Position numbers and translations under genes: made by a program. Of a stretch of DNA of 64,000 nt, positions 50,926 through 60,694 are shown piece after piece. How positions within the stretch are numbered: position 1 is the stretch's first letter; the number at the start of each line of letters is the position of its first letter. Below the pieces are notes generated by a model that made no database searches, was not told the DNA's origin, and saw nothing but the letters and a program-made list of their open reading frames with translations. This stretch comes from an uncultured delta proteobacterium (GTDB lineage Bacteria; Desulfobacterota; Binatia; UBA9968). Location: contig CAWFJP010000031.1 in NCBI GenBank assembly GCA_963816145.1, forward strand, positions 224,001 through 288,000, given 5' to 3'.

Positions 50926-52653
50926 ATGCCCGCTGCTCAAACCCGGACGCTCAATCGGGCCGGCCATACTGGTCGGTCTGCTTTTCGCTTCCGAGATCCG
51001 ACTTTTCCCGTGTGGATCGGCGCGGCGCTTCTTCTAGTTTTCCTCATGCTGTTCCCGCTGGGTGCGATTTTCCGCGCCAGTCTGTGGGGCGACAACGGCA
51101 TCACGCTCAACCGATATCTTGAAGTCTTTACCAACGAACAATTTCTCAAGGCGATCTGGAACACCTTGATCATTTCCACTTGGGTGGGAGCGATCGCGGT
51201 GATCATCGGCGGGCTGCTCGCCTGGTTGGTGGCGCGCACCGACCTACCCTGGAAAAAAACCATCCGCGCGCTGGTGATGGCGTCGTTCGTAACGCCGCCG
51301 TTCCTGGGCGCGTTTGCCTGGACGCTGCTTGCCGGACCCAATGCCGGGGCGCTGAACAAGCTTTACCGAGCCGTGACCGGCTCGGAAAATGCGCTGTTCA
51401 ACATCTTCTCGATGCCCGGGCTGATTTTCGTCATGGCGCTCTACAGCTTCCCCTACGTCTTTTCGATGATCGCCAACGTCTGCGAGCTGATCTCGTCGGA
51501 TCTCGAAGACGCCGCGGAGATACTCGGCGCGAACAAGTGGTGGACCGCGTGGACCGTCACGCTGCCCCTGGCGCTGCCGGCCCTGCTCGGCGGCTTCATC
51601 CTGGCTTTTCTGCAATCGCTGTCGCTCTTCGGCGCGCCGGCGATTCTCGGCCTGCCGGCGGGCCTGCACACGATCACGACGCAGATCTGGGCGCTCTTTC
51701 AGTACCCGCCGCGGTTGGATATGGCCGCGGCCTTTTCCGTGCCGCTCCTGCTCGCGACCATGGCGCTGATTGCCGTGCAAAAAAAAATCCTCGGTCGCAA
51801 AGGCTACAGCACGGTCGGCGGTAAAGGCGGACAGAAACGATTGATCCGGCTCGGCTGGGGCCGGGTTCCGGTGTTGCTTCTGGTGCTCGGCATTCTATCG
51901 CTTTCGGTGTTCTTGCCATACTGGATTCTGCTGAAGGCGGCGCTCTCCAAAGCCTGGGCAGTGCCTTTAACCTGGGATAATTTCACGCTGAAAAACTTTT
52001 CGTTCACTTTTCTGGAGTATGGCGATACCCAGCGGGCGATCTACAATACTTTCAAATTGGGCCTGCTAACGGCGACGCTCGGCACGCTGTTAGCGACTCT
52101 CATCGCCTACATTACCAATCGCGATCTGTTCCGCGGCGCGCGCTATCTGACTTTCTTCGCCCTGGCTCCTCTGGTTATTCCCGGCATCGTCTTGGCGGTT
52201 GGCTTGTTCATCGCTTACTCGCGGCCGCCTTTAGTGCTCTATGGCACAATCTGGATTCTCTTCGTGGCTTTTTTAACCAAAGAGATGCCGATCGGGTTTT
52301 CCCAGGCGGAGTCCACCTTCAAGAGCATTCACCTAGAGCTCGAAGACGCCAGTCGGATTATCGGCGCCAACCGGCTTATGTCCCTCAAAGATATAACCGC
52401 GCCGCTGGCGCGCTCGGGACTGATCGCCGCCTGGTCCTTTATCTTCATCGGCGTCCTCCGCGAGCTCAGCGCCGCCATCCTGTTATTTGCGCCGAGCTCA
52501 AAAGTGGTGTCTGTAGTCATTTTCGATCTTAAAGAAGAAGGCCAGGTGGGAGTCATCGCGGTTTTAGGAATTCTTCTACTGGTGGTTTCTTTCGCGGTCA
52601 TACTTGCGGTCCAGGGGCTCGCTGGACGTGATCCAGTGGCGGCTCGGGAGTAG
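50926..52653 (+). CDS. ABC transporter permease (FbpB/AfuB-like, duplicated domain)
   Basis: Two EAA loops: LEDAAEILGA and LEDASRIIGA. Confidence 0.92.
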   Translation: MPAAQTRTLNRAGHTGRSAFRFRDPTFPVWIGAALLLVFLMLFPLGAIFRASLWGDNGITLNRYLEVFTNEQFLKAIWNTLIISTWVGAIAVIIGGLLAWLVARTDLPWKKTIRALVMASFVTPPFLGAFAWTLLAGPNAGALNKLYRAVTGSENALFNIFSMPGLIFVMALYSFPYVFSMIANVCELISSDLEDAAEILGANKWWTAWTVTLPLALPALLGGFILAFLQSLSLFGAPAILGLPAGLHTITTQIWALFQYPPRLDMAAAFSVPLLLATMALIAVQKKILGRKGYSTVGGKGGQKRLIRLGWGRVPVLLLVLGILSLSVFLPYWILLKAALSKAWAVPLTWDNFTLKNFSFTFLEYGDTQRAIYNTFKLGLLTATLGTLLATLIAYITNRDLFRGARYLTFFALAPLVIPGIVLAVGLFIAYSRPPLVLYGTIWILFVAFLTKEMPIGFSQAESTFKSIHLELEDASRIIGANRLMSLKDITAPLARSGLIAAWSFIFIGVLRELSAAILLFAPSSKVVSVVIFDLKEEGQVGVIAVLGILLLVVSFAVILAVQGLAGRDPVAARE

Positions 52654-52656
52654 CCC

Positions 52657-53745
52657 ATGGCGATCGTTTCAATCCGGGGACTGACAAAAAAGTTCGCCGA
52701 CGCCGCTGCGGTCGACGATCTCCATTTGGAAATCGGCGACGGTGAATTCGTGTCACTGCTCGGCCCATCCGGTTGCGGTAAAACTACCACGCTGCGTTTG
52801 CTCGCAGGCTTCTTGCAGCCAGACGGCGGGGAGATTCGCGTCGGTGGCGCAGTTGTTTCATCGCCGTCCCTTGTTGTGCCGCCCGAGCGGCGCAATATGT
52901 CGATGATCTTTCAAAGTTATGCTGTCTGGCCGCACATGACAGTGTTTCAGAACGTCGCCTACGGACTAAAATTCAAGAAACTAACCAAACCAGAAATCTC
53001 GGCGAAGGTTACCACGCTGCTCGGCGTCGTGCGCTTGGCGGATTTGCAAGATCGCTATTCGGCGGAGCTGTCGGGCGGGCAGCAGCAGAGGGTGGCCCTG
53101 GCGCGCGCGCTGGTGGTAGAGCCGCAGATTCTCTTAATGGATGAGCCGCTGAGCAACCTCGACGCCAATCTGCGCGAAGAGATGCGCTTCGAGATCCGCC
53201 GGCTGCATGAAGAATTCAAGATCACCACAGTCTACGTTACCCACGATCAGGCGGAGGCGATGGCGACCTCGGACCGGATCGCCGTGCTCAATCGCGGCCG
53301 TCTGGTTCAGGTCGGACCCCCTGCGGAGATTTTTGACCGGCCGAAAACCCGGTTCGTCGCTGAGTTTGTCGGCAAAGCGAATATCTTGAGCGGGCGCCTT
53401 GACGGCGATGGTCGGTCAATGCTTTCCGACGGCGTAAAGATTCGCCTGGCTGACGGCGGCGCCATCGCGCCGTCAAGCGAGGTGTCGGTGTGCTTGCGTC
53501 CGCATAATATCAAGCTGGTCGGCGGACAAGAGGCAGCGCGGCAGCTGACTGATCAAGGCTGCAATGTTTTCTCCGGCGTCATTCGCCGCTCCATTTATTT
53601 CGGCGACGCGGTCGATTACACGGTCGGGCTTGCTTCGGGGAGAGTTTTACACGTCATAGCGCCGCCATCCCAACGATTCGAGCCCGGCCAATCGATCTGT
53701 GCGGCAGCCCATCCCGAACATTGCGTCGTCGTGCGTGAAGATTGA
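52657..53745 (+). CDS. ABC transporter ATP-binding protein (PotA/FbpC-like)
   Basis: GPSGCGKT, LSGGQQQR, LLMDEP, C-terminal TOBE-like region. Confidence 0.93.
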   Translation: MAIVSIRGLTKKFADAAAVDDLHLEIGDGEFVSLLGPSGCGKTTTLRLLAGFLQPDGGEIRVGGAVVSSPSLVVPPERRNMSMIFQSYAVWPHMTVFQNVAYGLKFKKLTKPEISAKVTTLLGVVRLADLQDRYSAELSGGQQQRVALARALVVEPQILLMDEPLSNLDANLREEMRFEIRRLHEEFKITTVYVTHDQAEAMATSDRIAVLNRGRLVQVGPPAEIFDRPKTRFVAEFVGKANILSGRLDGDGRSMLSDGVKIRLADGGAIAPSSEVSVCLRPHNIKLVGGQEAARQLTDQGCNVFSGVIRRSIYFGDAVDYTVGLASGRVLHVIAPPSQRFEPGQSICAAAHPEHCVVVRED

Positions 53746-53746
53746 C

Positions 53747-53916
53747 GCGGCACAGTCGCAACCGAAGAGAATTAGGATTTTCACCACGAAGGCACGAAGG
53801 ACACGAAGGGTTCGGATAATTAATTTTCCGAACTTCGTGCTCTTCGTGTCCTTCGTGGTGAAAATCTCTTTCCCATTTGGTTGCGGCTCTGCCGCACTGG
53901 GTCCTTCGTGGTGAGA
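53747..53916. repeat. Complete composite nested-hairpin repeat (9-bp-periodic family)
   Basis: Outer arms gcggcacagtcgcaaccgaa / ttggttgcggctctgccgc; inner arms gattttcaccacgaaggcacgaaggacacgaagggttcgga / tccgaacttcgtgctcttcgtgtccttcgtggtgaaaatc. Confidence 0.85.
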
Positions 53917-53976
53917 TGAGATCTCCTCATTAAGCGCAAAGTACACGGAGGGTGAAGACAAACGGAAAGGTAAGAT

Positions 53977-55050
53977 ATGGCATTGGATTTTGTTACCAAC
54001 CAAGAGATCATCATGGCGGCGCGGCGCAATCTTAGCGATAATGTTTGGCACTATTTGACCGGCGGGGCCGAGTCTGAAACCACCATGCGGCGCAACCGAT
54101 TCGGCCTGGATGGTCTCGCGTTTCGCCCGAGGGTGCTCGTCGATGTATCCGTGATCGATCCCTCGACAACTTTTCTCGGACATAAACTTGCCATGCCCGT
54201 CATGCTCGCGCCGATCGGCTCGCTGCAGTCGATCACGCCCGAAGGCGGAGTCGCCGTCGCCAAAGCCGCCGAAGAATTCGGCACCGTCAACTTTGTCAGC
54301 TCGGTAACTCAACCCAGCCTGGAAGAGATCGCCGCGGCCAGCCGCAACCCAAAAATCTTTCAGCTTTACGTGCAAGGCGACTTGAACTGGGTCGGCCAGC
54401 TTCTGACCCGCGTCAAGCAGGCCGGCTACTCGGCACTCTGTCTTACTGTCGACACCGCGCACTATGGCCACCGCGAGCGTCAGATGATGGACCGCTGGTT
54501 GCCGCCGAGCCGCCGCGGTGTCGGTTACGAATACCGAGCCGGCCTTACCTGGGCGACCCTGGACGCGATCAAGGAGATGGCCGGGCTGCCGTTGATTTTA
54601 AAGGGCGTGGCGACAGCCGAAGACGCCACCCTCGCCGTGGCCCATGGCGTCGGGACGATTTACGTATCCAATCATGGCGGGCGCCAGCTCGACCATGGGC
54701 GGGCGACCATCGACATGCTGCCGGAAATCGTCGCTGCGGTCGGCGACAAAGCGGAAATCTTGCTCGACGGCGGCATCGTGCGCGGCAGCGACGTACTCAA
54801 GGCTATCGCCCTGGGGGCGCGCGCTGTAGCTATCGGCAAGCTCCAAGGCTGGGGACTCGCCGCCGCCGGTCAGGCCGGCTTGGTACGGGTGCTCGAAATA
54901 CTCAAAAGCGAGATCGTCACCACCATGGGATTGCTCGGCATCACGCGGCTCGATCAACTCACCAGGGCTTACTTGGACAATGTTCAACCGTTAGCTCCGG
55001 CCCATGAAATGAGCGCCTTTCCACATATGCCCGGCGGCCAGTTGCTGTGA
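53977..55050 (+). CDS. FMN-dependent alpha-hydroxy acid dehydrogenase/oxidase
   Basis: FRPRVLVDV, LTVDT, LKGV, SNHGGRQLD, DGGIVRGSDVLKAIALGA. Confidence 0.93.
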   Translation: MALDFVTNQEIIMAARRNLSDNVWHYLTGGAESETTMRRNRFGLDGLAFRPRVLVDVSVIDPSTTFLGHKLAMPVMLAPIGSLQSITPEGGVAVAKAAEEFGTVNFVSSVTQPSLEEIAAASRNPKIFQLYVQGDLNWVGQLLTRVKQAGYSALCLTVDTAHYGHRERQMMDRWLPPSRRGVGYEYRAGLTWATLDAIKEMAGLPLILKGVATAEDATLAVAHGVGTIYVSNHGGRQLDHGRATIDMLPEIVAAVGDKAEILLDGGIVRGSDVLKAIALGARAVAIGKLQGWGLAAAGQAGLVRVLEILKSEIVTTMGLLGITRLDQLTRAYLDNVQPLAPAHEMSAFPHMPGGQLL

Positions 55051-55277
55051 GTTGGGGGGGATCGGAACGAATTCAATAATAACAAGGCTATCATTTCATA
55101 AATTATGTCGGGTCTGAGTGTTGAACTGTTGCGCACGAACACGCTGATGGTTTGAAACATTTACAGTTCTACGGGTTCAAAACTTGTCATTGATCCACTT
55201 CAACGTATAGCCGGTAAAGTTTTTCCTTGCATTACTCTACTCTGACGCGGGCTTCGCGTGGTTGTTGCCGCCACTGT

Positions 55278-56054
55278 TCAGTTCTTCAACCGGTAGCCGG
55301 TCTTGAAAATCCAGCCGACGACGGCCAGGCAGAGGGCGAAAAATCCCAGGGTCATTGCTAGGCTAATTTCTACGCTCACGTCGGCCGATTCGTAAAAGCT
55401 CCAGCGGAAGCCGCTGATCAGATATACCACAGGATTGAACAGAGTGACGGTGCGCCAGGCCGGCGGCAGCATGTCGATGGAATAAAAAGCGCCGCCGAGA
55501 AAAGTCAGCGGCGTAATGATCAGCATGGGGATGAACTGCAACTGCTCGAAGCTCTTGGCCCAGATGCCGACGATGAAACCGAACAGGCTGAAGGTCGCCG
55601 CGGTGAGCACGAGAAAGACGATCATCCACAGCGGGTGCTGGATGCGCACCGGCACGAACAGGGCGGCGGTGGCGAGAATAATCAGGCCCAGGGCGATGGA
55701 CTTCGATGCGGCGGCACCGACGTAAGCGATGACGATCTCCAAGTACGAGACCGGCGCGGACAAAAGCTCGTAGATCGTGCCGGTGAATTTCGGGAAGTAA
55801 ATGCCGAACGAGGCGTTGGAGATGGACTGGGTAAGGAGCGAGAGCATGATCAGCCCCGGCACGATGAACGCGCCGTAGGCAACGTTGTCGACCTGGGCCA
55901 TGCGCGCGCCAATGGCGGCGCCGAAAACGACGAAATAAAGCGAAGTTGTGATCACCGGCGCAATCACGCTCTGAAACAGCGTGCGCAGCGCCCGCGCCAT
56001 CTCGAATTTGTAGATCGCCCAGACGCTATGCCGGTTGAATGCCAGGTTGCTCAT
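55278..56054 (-). CDS. ABC-2 type permease (YadH-like)
   Basis: [32 protein letters not shown]. Confidence 0.9.
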   Translation of the reverse strand: MSNLAFNRHSVWAIYKFEMARALRTLFQSVIAPVITTSLYFVVFGAAIGARMAQVDNVAYGAFIVPGLIMLSLLTQSISNASFGIYFPKFTGTIYELLSAPVSYLEIVIAYVGAAASKSIALGLIILATAALFVPVRIQHPLWMIVFLVLTAATFSLFGFIVGIWAKSFEQLQFIPMLIITPLTFLGGAFYSIDMLPPAWRTVTLFNPVVYLISGFRWSFYESADVSVEISLAMTLGFFALCLAVVGWIFKTGYRLKN

Positions 56055-56083
56055 AGTCTTACGTGAGTCTATTCGGAACAGGG

Positions 56084-56233
56084 AATTTCACCACAAAGAG
56101 CACAGAGACCACAGAGGGTTGGGTAATACTTCGGGTGTTTTGAACCTCAACCACGAGCCACGGGCACGACTCGAAAGAAGGTAAAATCTCCAGCCAAGTT
56201 TCCTACTCTGTGATCTCTGTGTGCTCTGTGGTG
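56084..56233. repeat. 9-bp-periodic hairpin repeat between the ABC ATPase and permease genes
   Basis: tttcaccacaaagagcacagagaccacagag ... ctctgtgatctctgtgtgctctgtggtg. Confidence 0.75.
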
Positions 56234-56266
56234 CATCCTTCCGGTCTTTCGCGTGCCGCCTTGACC

Positions 56267-57193
56267 TTAATTACGATCGCTGACCAGGCTGACGAAGATA
56301 TCTTCAAGCGAGCTTTGGCGCGTGTTCAAATCCTTGAAGCGGATGCCGAGGTCGCTCATGCGTTGCAAGAGTGCCGGGATGCCGGCTCGTTCATCGGCGG
56401 CGTCGAAGGTATATTCCAATTCTGTTCCGCCGGCGTTGAGCGCCAAGTGCCAGTCGCGGAGCTCCGGCGGGACCACTGCCAGTGGCTCGAGGAGATTGAG
56501 CGTCAATTGTTTCTTGCCGAGCTTCTTCATCAGCTTGGTTTTTTCTTCCACCAGGATCAGTTCGCCTTTGTTGATCACGCCGATGCGGTCGGCCATCTCC
56601 TCGGCTTCGTCGATGTAGTGTGTGGTCAAGATGATCGTCACGCCGTTGTCTCGCAGGCGGCGCACCAGGCCCCACATGTCCCGGCGCAGTTCGACGTCGA
56701 CGCCGGCGGTGGGTTCGTCAAGAAATAGAATCTGCGGCTCATGGGCGAGCGCCTTGGCGATCATCACGCGCCGCTTCATGCCACCGGAGAGCGTCATGAT
56801 CATATTTTTGCGTTTATCCCAAAGCGACAGCTCGCGCAGCACCTGCTCGATGTAGGCTGGCCTGGGCGGGTGGCCGAACAACCCGCGGCTGAAGCTCACC
56901 GTTGCCCACACGGATTCGAAAGCATCGGTGCTGAGCTCTTGCGGCACCAGTCCAATTTTGGCGCGCGCGGCCCGATAGTCGCGCTGGATATCGTGGCCGG
57001 CGGCAATGATGGTGCCCTCGGTGGGTGTGACGATGCCGCAGACGATGCCGATCAGTGTGGTCTTGCCGGCGCCGTTGGGGCCCAGGAGGGCGAAGATCTC
57101 GCCTTTATGGATCGCCAGATCGACGCGCTTGAGTGCCTGGTGGCCGGAAGCGTAGGTCTTGGTCAAGTTCGAAATCGCAATGATTGGCGCCAT
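56267..57193 (-). CDS. ABC-2 type ATP-binding protein (YadG-like)
   Basis: [32 protein letters not shown]. Confidence 0.92.
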   Translation of the reverse strand: MAPIIAISNLTKTYASGHQALKRVDLAIHKGEIFALLGPNGAGKTTLIGIVCGIVTPTEGTIIAAGHDIQRDYRAARAKIGLVPQELSTDAFESVWATVSFSRGLFGHPPRPAYIEQVLRELSLWDKRKNMIMTLSGGMKRRVMIAKALAHEPQILFLDEPTAGVDVELRRDMWGLVRRLRDNGVTIILTTHYIDEAEEMADRIGVINKGELILVEEKTKLMKKLGKKQLTLNLLEPLAVVPPELRDWHLALNAGGTELEYTFDAADERAGIPALLQRMSDLGIRFKDLNTRQSSLEDIFVSLVSDRN

Positions 57194-57486
57194 CGCGTGA
57201 TCTTAGCGTAATCGTGCGACCTCTTTAAGCGCTGCGTGAAACTGTTTGAGTATTGCGCGGGAGTTCTTCATGCGATTAAGCCACGCTGGTCAATGGATCG
57301 CCGCAGCACGGGCGTTTGCCGCGAAAAAATAATTCTCCACTATTGTCTATTATTAGACAGAAACCGCTGTCGACTCCGTTTAGCATGGCAGAGAATGCAT
57401 AGGTTCGAGTTGTCGCGCGGAACGCGGCGGGCAAGAGCCAAGATAATAATTCTGGTGCAATTTCTATCGAAGCCGATGAAAAAACA

Positions 57487-57657
57487 ATGATTGAGGCAAA
57501 AGTTGCGGATGATCCAACGACCGCCGTCAAATGCGAGTCCTGCGGACATCGATATTGCTCGGTTTGCGAGGAGTGCTCGCTGTCGCAACGTTACTCGGAC
57601 TACTGGATTTGCCACAGCTGTGCATCGCTAACTCTATGGATTCCCGGTGTGGTTTAA
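57487..57657 (+). CDS. Putative 56-aa Cys-rich zinc-finger microprotein
   Basis: MIEAKVADDPTTAVKCESCGHRYCSVCEECSLSQRYSDYWICHSCASLTLWIPGVV; three CxxC pairs; ends 17 nt before the next gene; below the ORF track cutoff; no clear RBS. Confidence 0.5.
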   Translation: MIEAKVADDPTTAVKCESCGHRYCSVCEECSLSQRYSDYWICHSCASLTLWIPGVV

Positions 57658-57674
57658 AATAACGGAGGTGTTTT

Positions 57675-58025
57675 ATGGATTGGGACAAAGTTAAGCTCGG
57701 TGGCTGGAGCGCCGCCGGCGGCGCGGTACTGGCGATGATCGTCGGTTTTAACTGGGGTGGCTGGGTGACCGGCGGCACTGCCGATGTGTTGGCCAAAGAG
57801 ATTGCCGAAAATGCCGTGGCCAAACGTTTCACGCCGAGCTGTGTGGCTCGCTTCAACCAGGACGCGAAGAAAGAAGAGAAGCTCAAGGAGATCAAGGCCA
57901 AGGATGCTTGGGACGGACAAAAGTTCGTCGAAGAGCAGGGGTGGGCGACGCTGCCCGGAGAAGAAAGACCTGACAGCAAGGTCGCCGAAGGTTGTGCCAA
58001 AAGTCTCATGGAAGTTAAGTCGTAA
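57675..58025 (+). CDS. Conserved hypothetical membrane-anchored protein
   Basis: RBS ggaggtg; TM followed by GFNWGGWVTGGTA; two Cys (SCVARF, AEGCA). Confidence 0.8.
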   Translation: MDWDKVKLGGWSAAGGAVLAMIVGFNWGGWVTGGTADVLAKEIAENAVAKRFTPSCVARFNQDAKKEEKLKEIKAKDAWDGQKFVEEQGWATLPGEERPDSKVAEGCAKSLMEVKS

Positions 58026-58094
58026 ATTTTTGCGACCCATTCGGCTCGCAGTCAAAGCGCCGGCCGGATGAACATCGGCGGTAGGAGAATTTAA

Positions 58095-58214
58095 ATGGGC
58101 GACAAAAGCAAAAAGGATAAAGACAAGCACCAGAAGCAGAAGCAAATCCAGCAGCAAACCGCGGCAAAAACTGCGCTGGCGAAGCAAACGGCACCGGTCC
58201 CCAAAACCAAGTAG
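58095..58214 (+). CDS. 39-aa Lys/Gln-rich basic microprotein
   Basis: RBS aggaga; MGDKSKKDKDKHQKQKQIQQQTAAKTALAKQTAPVPKTK; not in the ORF track. Confidence 0.65.
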   Translation: MGDKSKKDKDKHQKQKQIQQQTAAKTALAKQTAPVPKTK

Positions 58215-58309
58215 GGGCTATCTTTATCATCCTCATCTGCTACAATCATAGATACGATTACTGACCTGACGTTCAAATAGAACAAACTCGGTTTATTTCC
58301 CCCGAGTCT

Positions 58310-58350
58310 CGAAGAGGCGGTACCTAGGGTAACCGCCTCTTCGTGTTTGT
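58310..58350 (+). terminator. Intrinsic-terminator-like hairpin just upstream of the GT4 gene
   Basis: cgaagaggcggt-acctagggta-accgcctcttcg followed by tgtttgt. Confidence 0.6.
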
Positions 58351-58360
58351 GGGCCGGAGC

Positions 58361-60694
58361 ATGACCGAGAACCGCAAGGCATCACCGCCAGCTAGGAGCG
58401 CTTTTCCGTTGACACAGGGTCTAAAAAATACCGCGATCAATCGCATCGCCTTTGTCGGCAACTACTTGCCGCGGCAATGCGGCATCGCCACCTTTACCAC
58501 TGACCTGTGTGAAGCGATCGCCGCCGAGCATAGCGACACGACCTGTATCGCGGTGCCGGTCAACGATATCGAAGGCGGTTACGCTTATCCGTCGCGGGTG
58601 CGCTTCGAACTGACGGAAAAAGACCTCGAGTCGTACCGCCGCGGCGCCGATTTTTTGAATATCAATAGTGTCGACCTTGTCTGCCTGCAATTCGAATACG
58701 GCATTTTTGGCGGCCGGGCCGGCAGCCACATCTTGACGCTGCTGCGCGACCTGCGCATGCCGATCGTCACGACGCTGCACACGATCCTGCGCGAACCCGA
58801 TGCGCAGCAACGGCGCGTGTTGACTGAAGTCGCAGGCCTGTCGGACCGTTTGGTCGTGATGAGCAAGCGCAGCGCGGAGTTCTTACAAGAGATTTATCAG
58901 GTTGCGCCGGAGAAGATCGATCTCATTCCCCATGGCATTCCCGATCTGCCGTTCGTCGATCCGAGTTTTCACAAAGATCTGTTCGGCGTTGAAGGCAAGA
59001 TCGTGCTTCTCAGCTTCGGCCTGCTGTCGGCGAACAAGGGGATCGAAACTGTCATCTCGGCCCTGCCGGCAATCCTGGCCAAGCATCCCAACGTGGTCTA
59101 CTTCATCGTCGGCGCGACCCATCCGCATGTGCTGCGCCACGACGGCGAAAGCTATCGCTTATCGCTGCAATGGTTGGCGCAAGAAAAGGGCGTCGAAGGC
59201 CAGGTGATCTTTTACAACCGCTTTGTCAGCTTGGAAGAACTCGTCGAGTTCATTGGCGCGGCGGACATTTACATCACACCTTATTTGAACGCGGCGCAGG
59301 CGGTCTCGGGCACGCTGGCCTACACGGTCGGCGCGGGCAAGGCGGTCATTTCAACGCCCTATTGGCATGCCGAAGAGATGCTCGCCGAAGAACGCGGCGC
59401 GCTCGTGCCATTTCGCGATCCGGCGGCGCTCGCCGAACAGGTCATCGATTTGCTCGACAACGAGGCCAAGCGTCATAGTATGCGCAAGCGCGCCTACCTT
59501 TATGGGCGGGAAATGGTCTGGCCGCAGGTGGCACGCCGCTATATGGAGAGTTTTCAGCGCGCGCGCGCCGAACGGCGCCACTTTACGCCGCCCGATTTTG
59601 TCGTCAAGCCACTGGACAAGCGGCCGGCCGAGCTGCCGCCGCTCAAGCTCGATCACTTGCGCCGCATGACCGACGATACCGGCATGTTTCAACATGCGAT
59701 CTTCACCGTGCCCAATTACCACGAGGGTTACACCATCGATGATAATGCGCGGGCGCTCACCGTCAGCGCGCTTTTGGAAGAACTCGGCAATGAAGAGACC
59801 GCCGATCTCATGTCGCGTTACTTCGCGTTTGTCTGGTACGCCTTCAATGCCAAGACCGGCCGCTTCCGCAACTTCATGAGCTATCAGCGCGACTGGCTGG
59901 AGGAGATCGGTTCCGATGACAGTCATGGCCGCGCCCTCTGGGCGCTCGGTACGGTGTTGGGCCGTTCCAACACGCCGGCACTCCAGAACATGGCCGGCTG
60001 GGTCTTCGAGAAGTCGTTGCCGGCGGTGCTCGATACGACTAGTCCGCGGGCGTGGGCCTTCGCGCTGATCGGTATCAACGAATACTTGCAGCGATTTGCC
60101 GGCGACCGAACCATCACTCAAGCGCGCGAAGTTTTGGCCGGGCGGTTGCTCGATCTGTACCGGCAAAATCGCTCGGACCGATGGCGTTGGTACGAATCCT
60201 CGTTAAGTTATTGTAATGCCCTTCTGCCGCACGCCTTGCTCATGTGCGGCCGCGGCATACCCAATAGCGACATGACCGACGCCGGACTGGAGTCGCTCAC
60301 CTGGCTGGCCGACTTGCAGCGCGCCGAGGTGCCCGGCGGCCATTTCGTGCCGATCGGCTCCAATGGTTTTTATCGCCGTGACGGCGAACGCGCGCGCTTC
60401 GATCAGCAGCCCGTGGAAGCGCAGGCGATGGTGTCGGCTTGTCTCGAAGCGAAGCGGATTACCGGCGACAAGGGCTGGTCCAAAGAAGCGCGACGGGCGT
60501 TCGATTGGTTCCTCGGTCACAATGATTTAAACCTGCCGATCTACGATCCGACCACCGGCGGCTGCCGCGATGGTTTGCATCCCGACCGTACGAATGAAAA
60601 TCAAGGCGCGGAATCTTCGCTCGCGTTTCTCCAGGCGATGCTGGAGCTGCGCTTGGCTGAAACCGCATTGGCATCCGTAACCACAGGAGTTTGA
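58361..60694 (+). CDS. GT4 glycosyltransferase fused to a C-terminal (alpha/alpha)-barrel glycosidase-like domain
   Basis: GNYLPRQCGIATFT, FGLLSANKGIE, YITPY..QAVSGTL; C-domain HLRRMTDDTGMFQHA, YTIDDNARAL, FDQQPVEA, NENQGAES. Confidence 0.88.
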   Translation: MTENRKASPPARSAFPLTQGLKNTAINRIAFVGNYLPRQCGIATFTTDLCEAIAAEHSDTTCIAVPVNDIEGGYAYPSRVRFELTEKDLESYRRGADFLNINSVDLVCLQFEYGIFGGRAGSHILTLLRDLRMPIVTTLHTILREPDAQQRRVLTEVAGLSDRLVVMSKRSAEFLQEIYQVAPEKIDLIPHGIPDLPFVDPSFHKDLFGVEGKIVLLSFGLLSANKGIETVISALPAILAKHPNVVYFIVGATHPHVLRHDGESYRLSLQWLAQEKGVEGQVIFYNRFVSLEELVEFIGAADIYITPYLNAAQAVSGTLAYTVGAGKAVISTPYWHAEEMLAEERGALVPFRDPAALAEQVIDLLDNEAKRHSMRKRAYLYGREMVWPQVARRYMESFQRARAERRHFTPPDFVVKPLDKRPAELPPLKLDHLRRMTDDTGMFQHAIFTVPNYHEGYTIDDNARALTVSALLEELGNEETADLMSRYFAFVWYAFNAKTGRFRNFMSYQRDWLEEIGSDDSHGRALWALGTVLGRSNTPALQNMAGWVFEKSLPAVLDTTSPRAWAFALIGINEYLQRFAGDRTITQAREVLAGRLLDLYRQNRSDRWRWYESSLSYCNALLPHALLMCGRGIPNSDMTDAGLESLTWLADLQRAEVPGGHFVPIGSNGFYRRDGERARFDQQPVEAQAMVSACLEAKRITGDKGWSKEARRAFDWFLGHNDLNLPIYDPTTGGCRDGLHPDRTNENQGAESSLAFLQAMLELRLAETALASVTTGV

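Noticed and set aside
53747-53916. Repeats as a CRISPR array
   Set aside because: Units are 9 nt and inverted, with no unique spacers and no cas genes.
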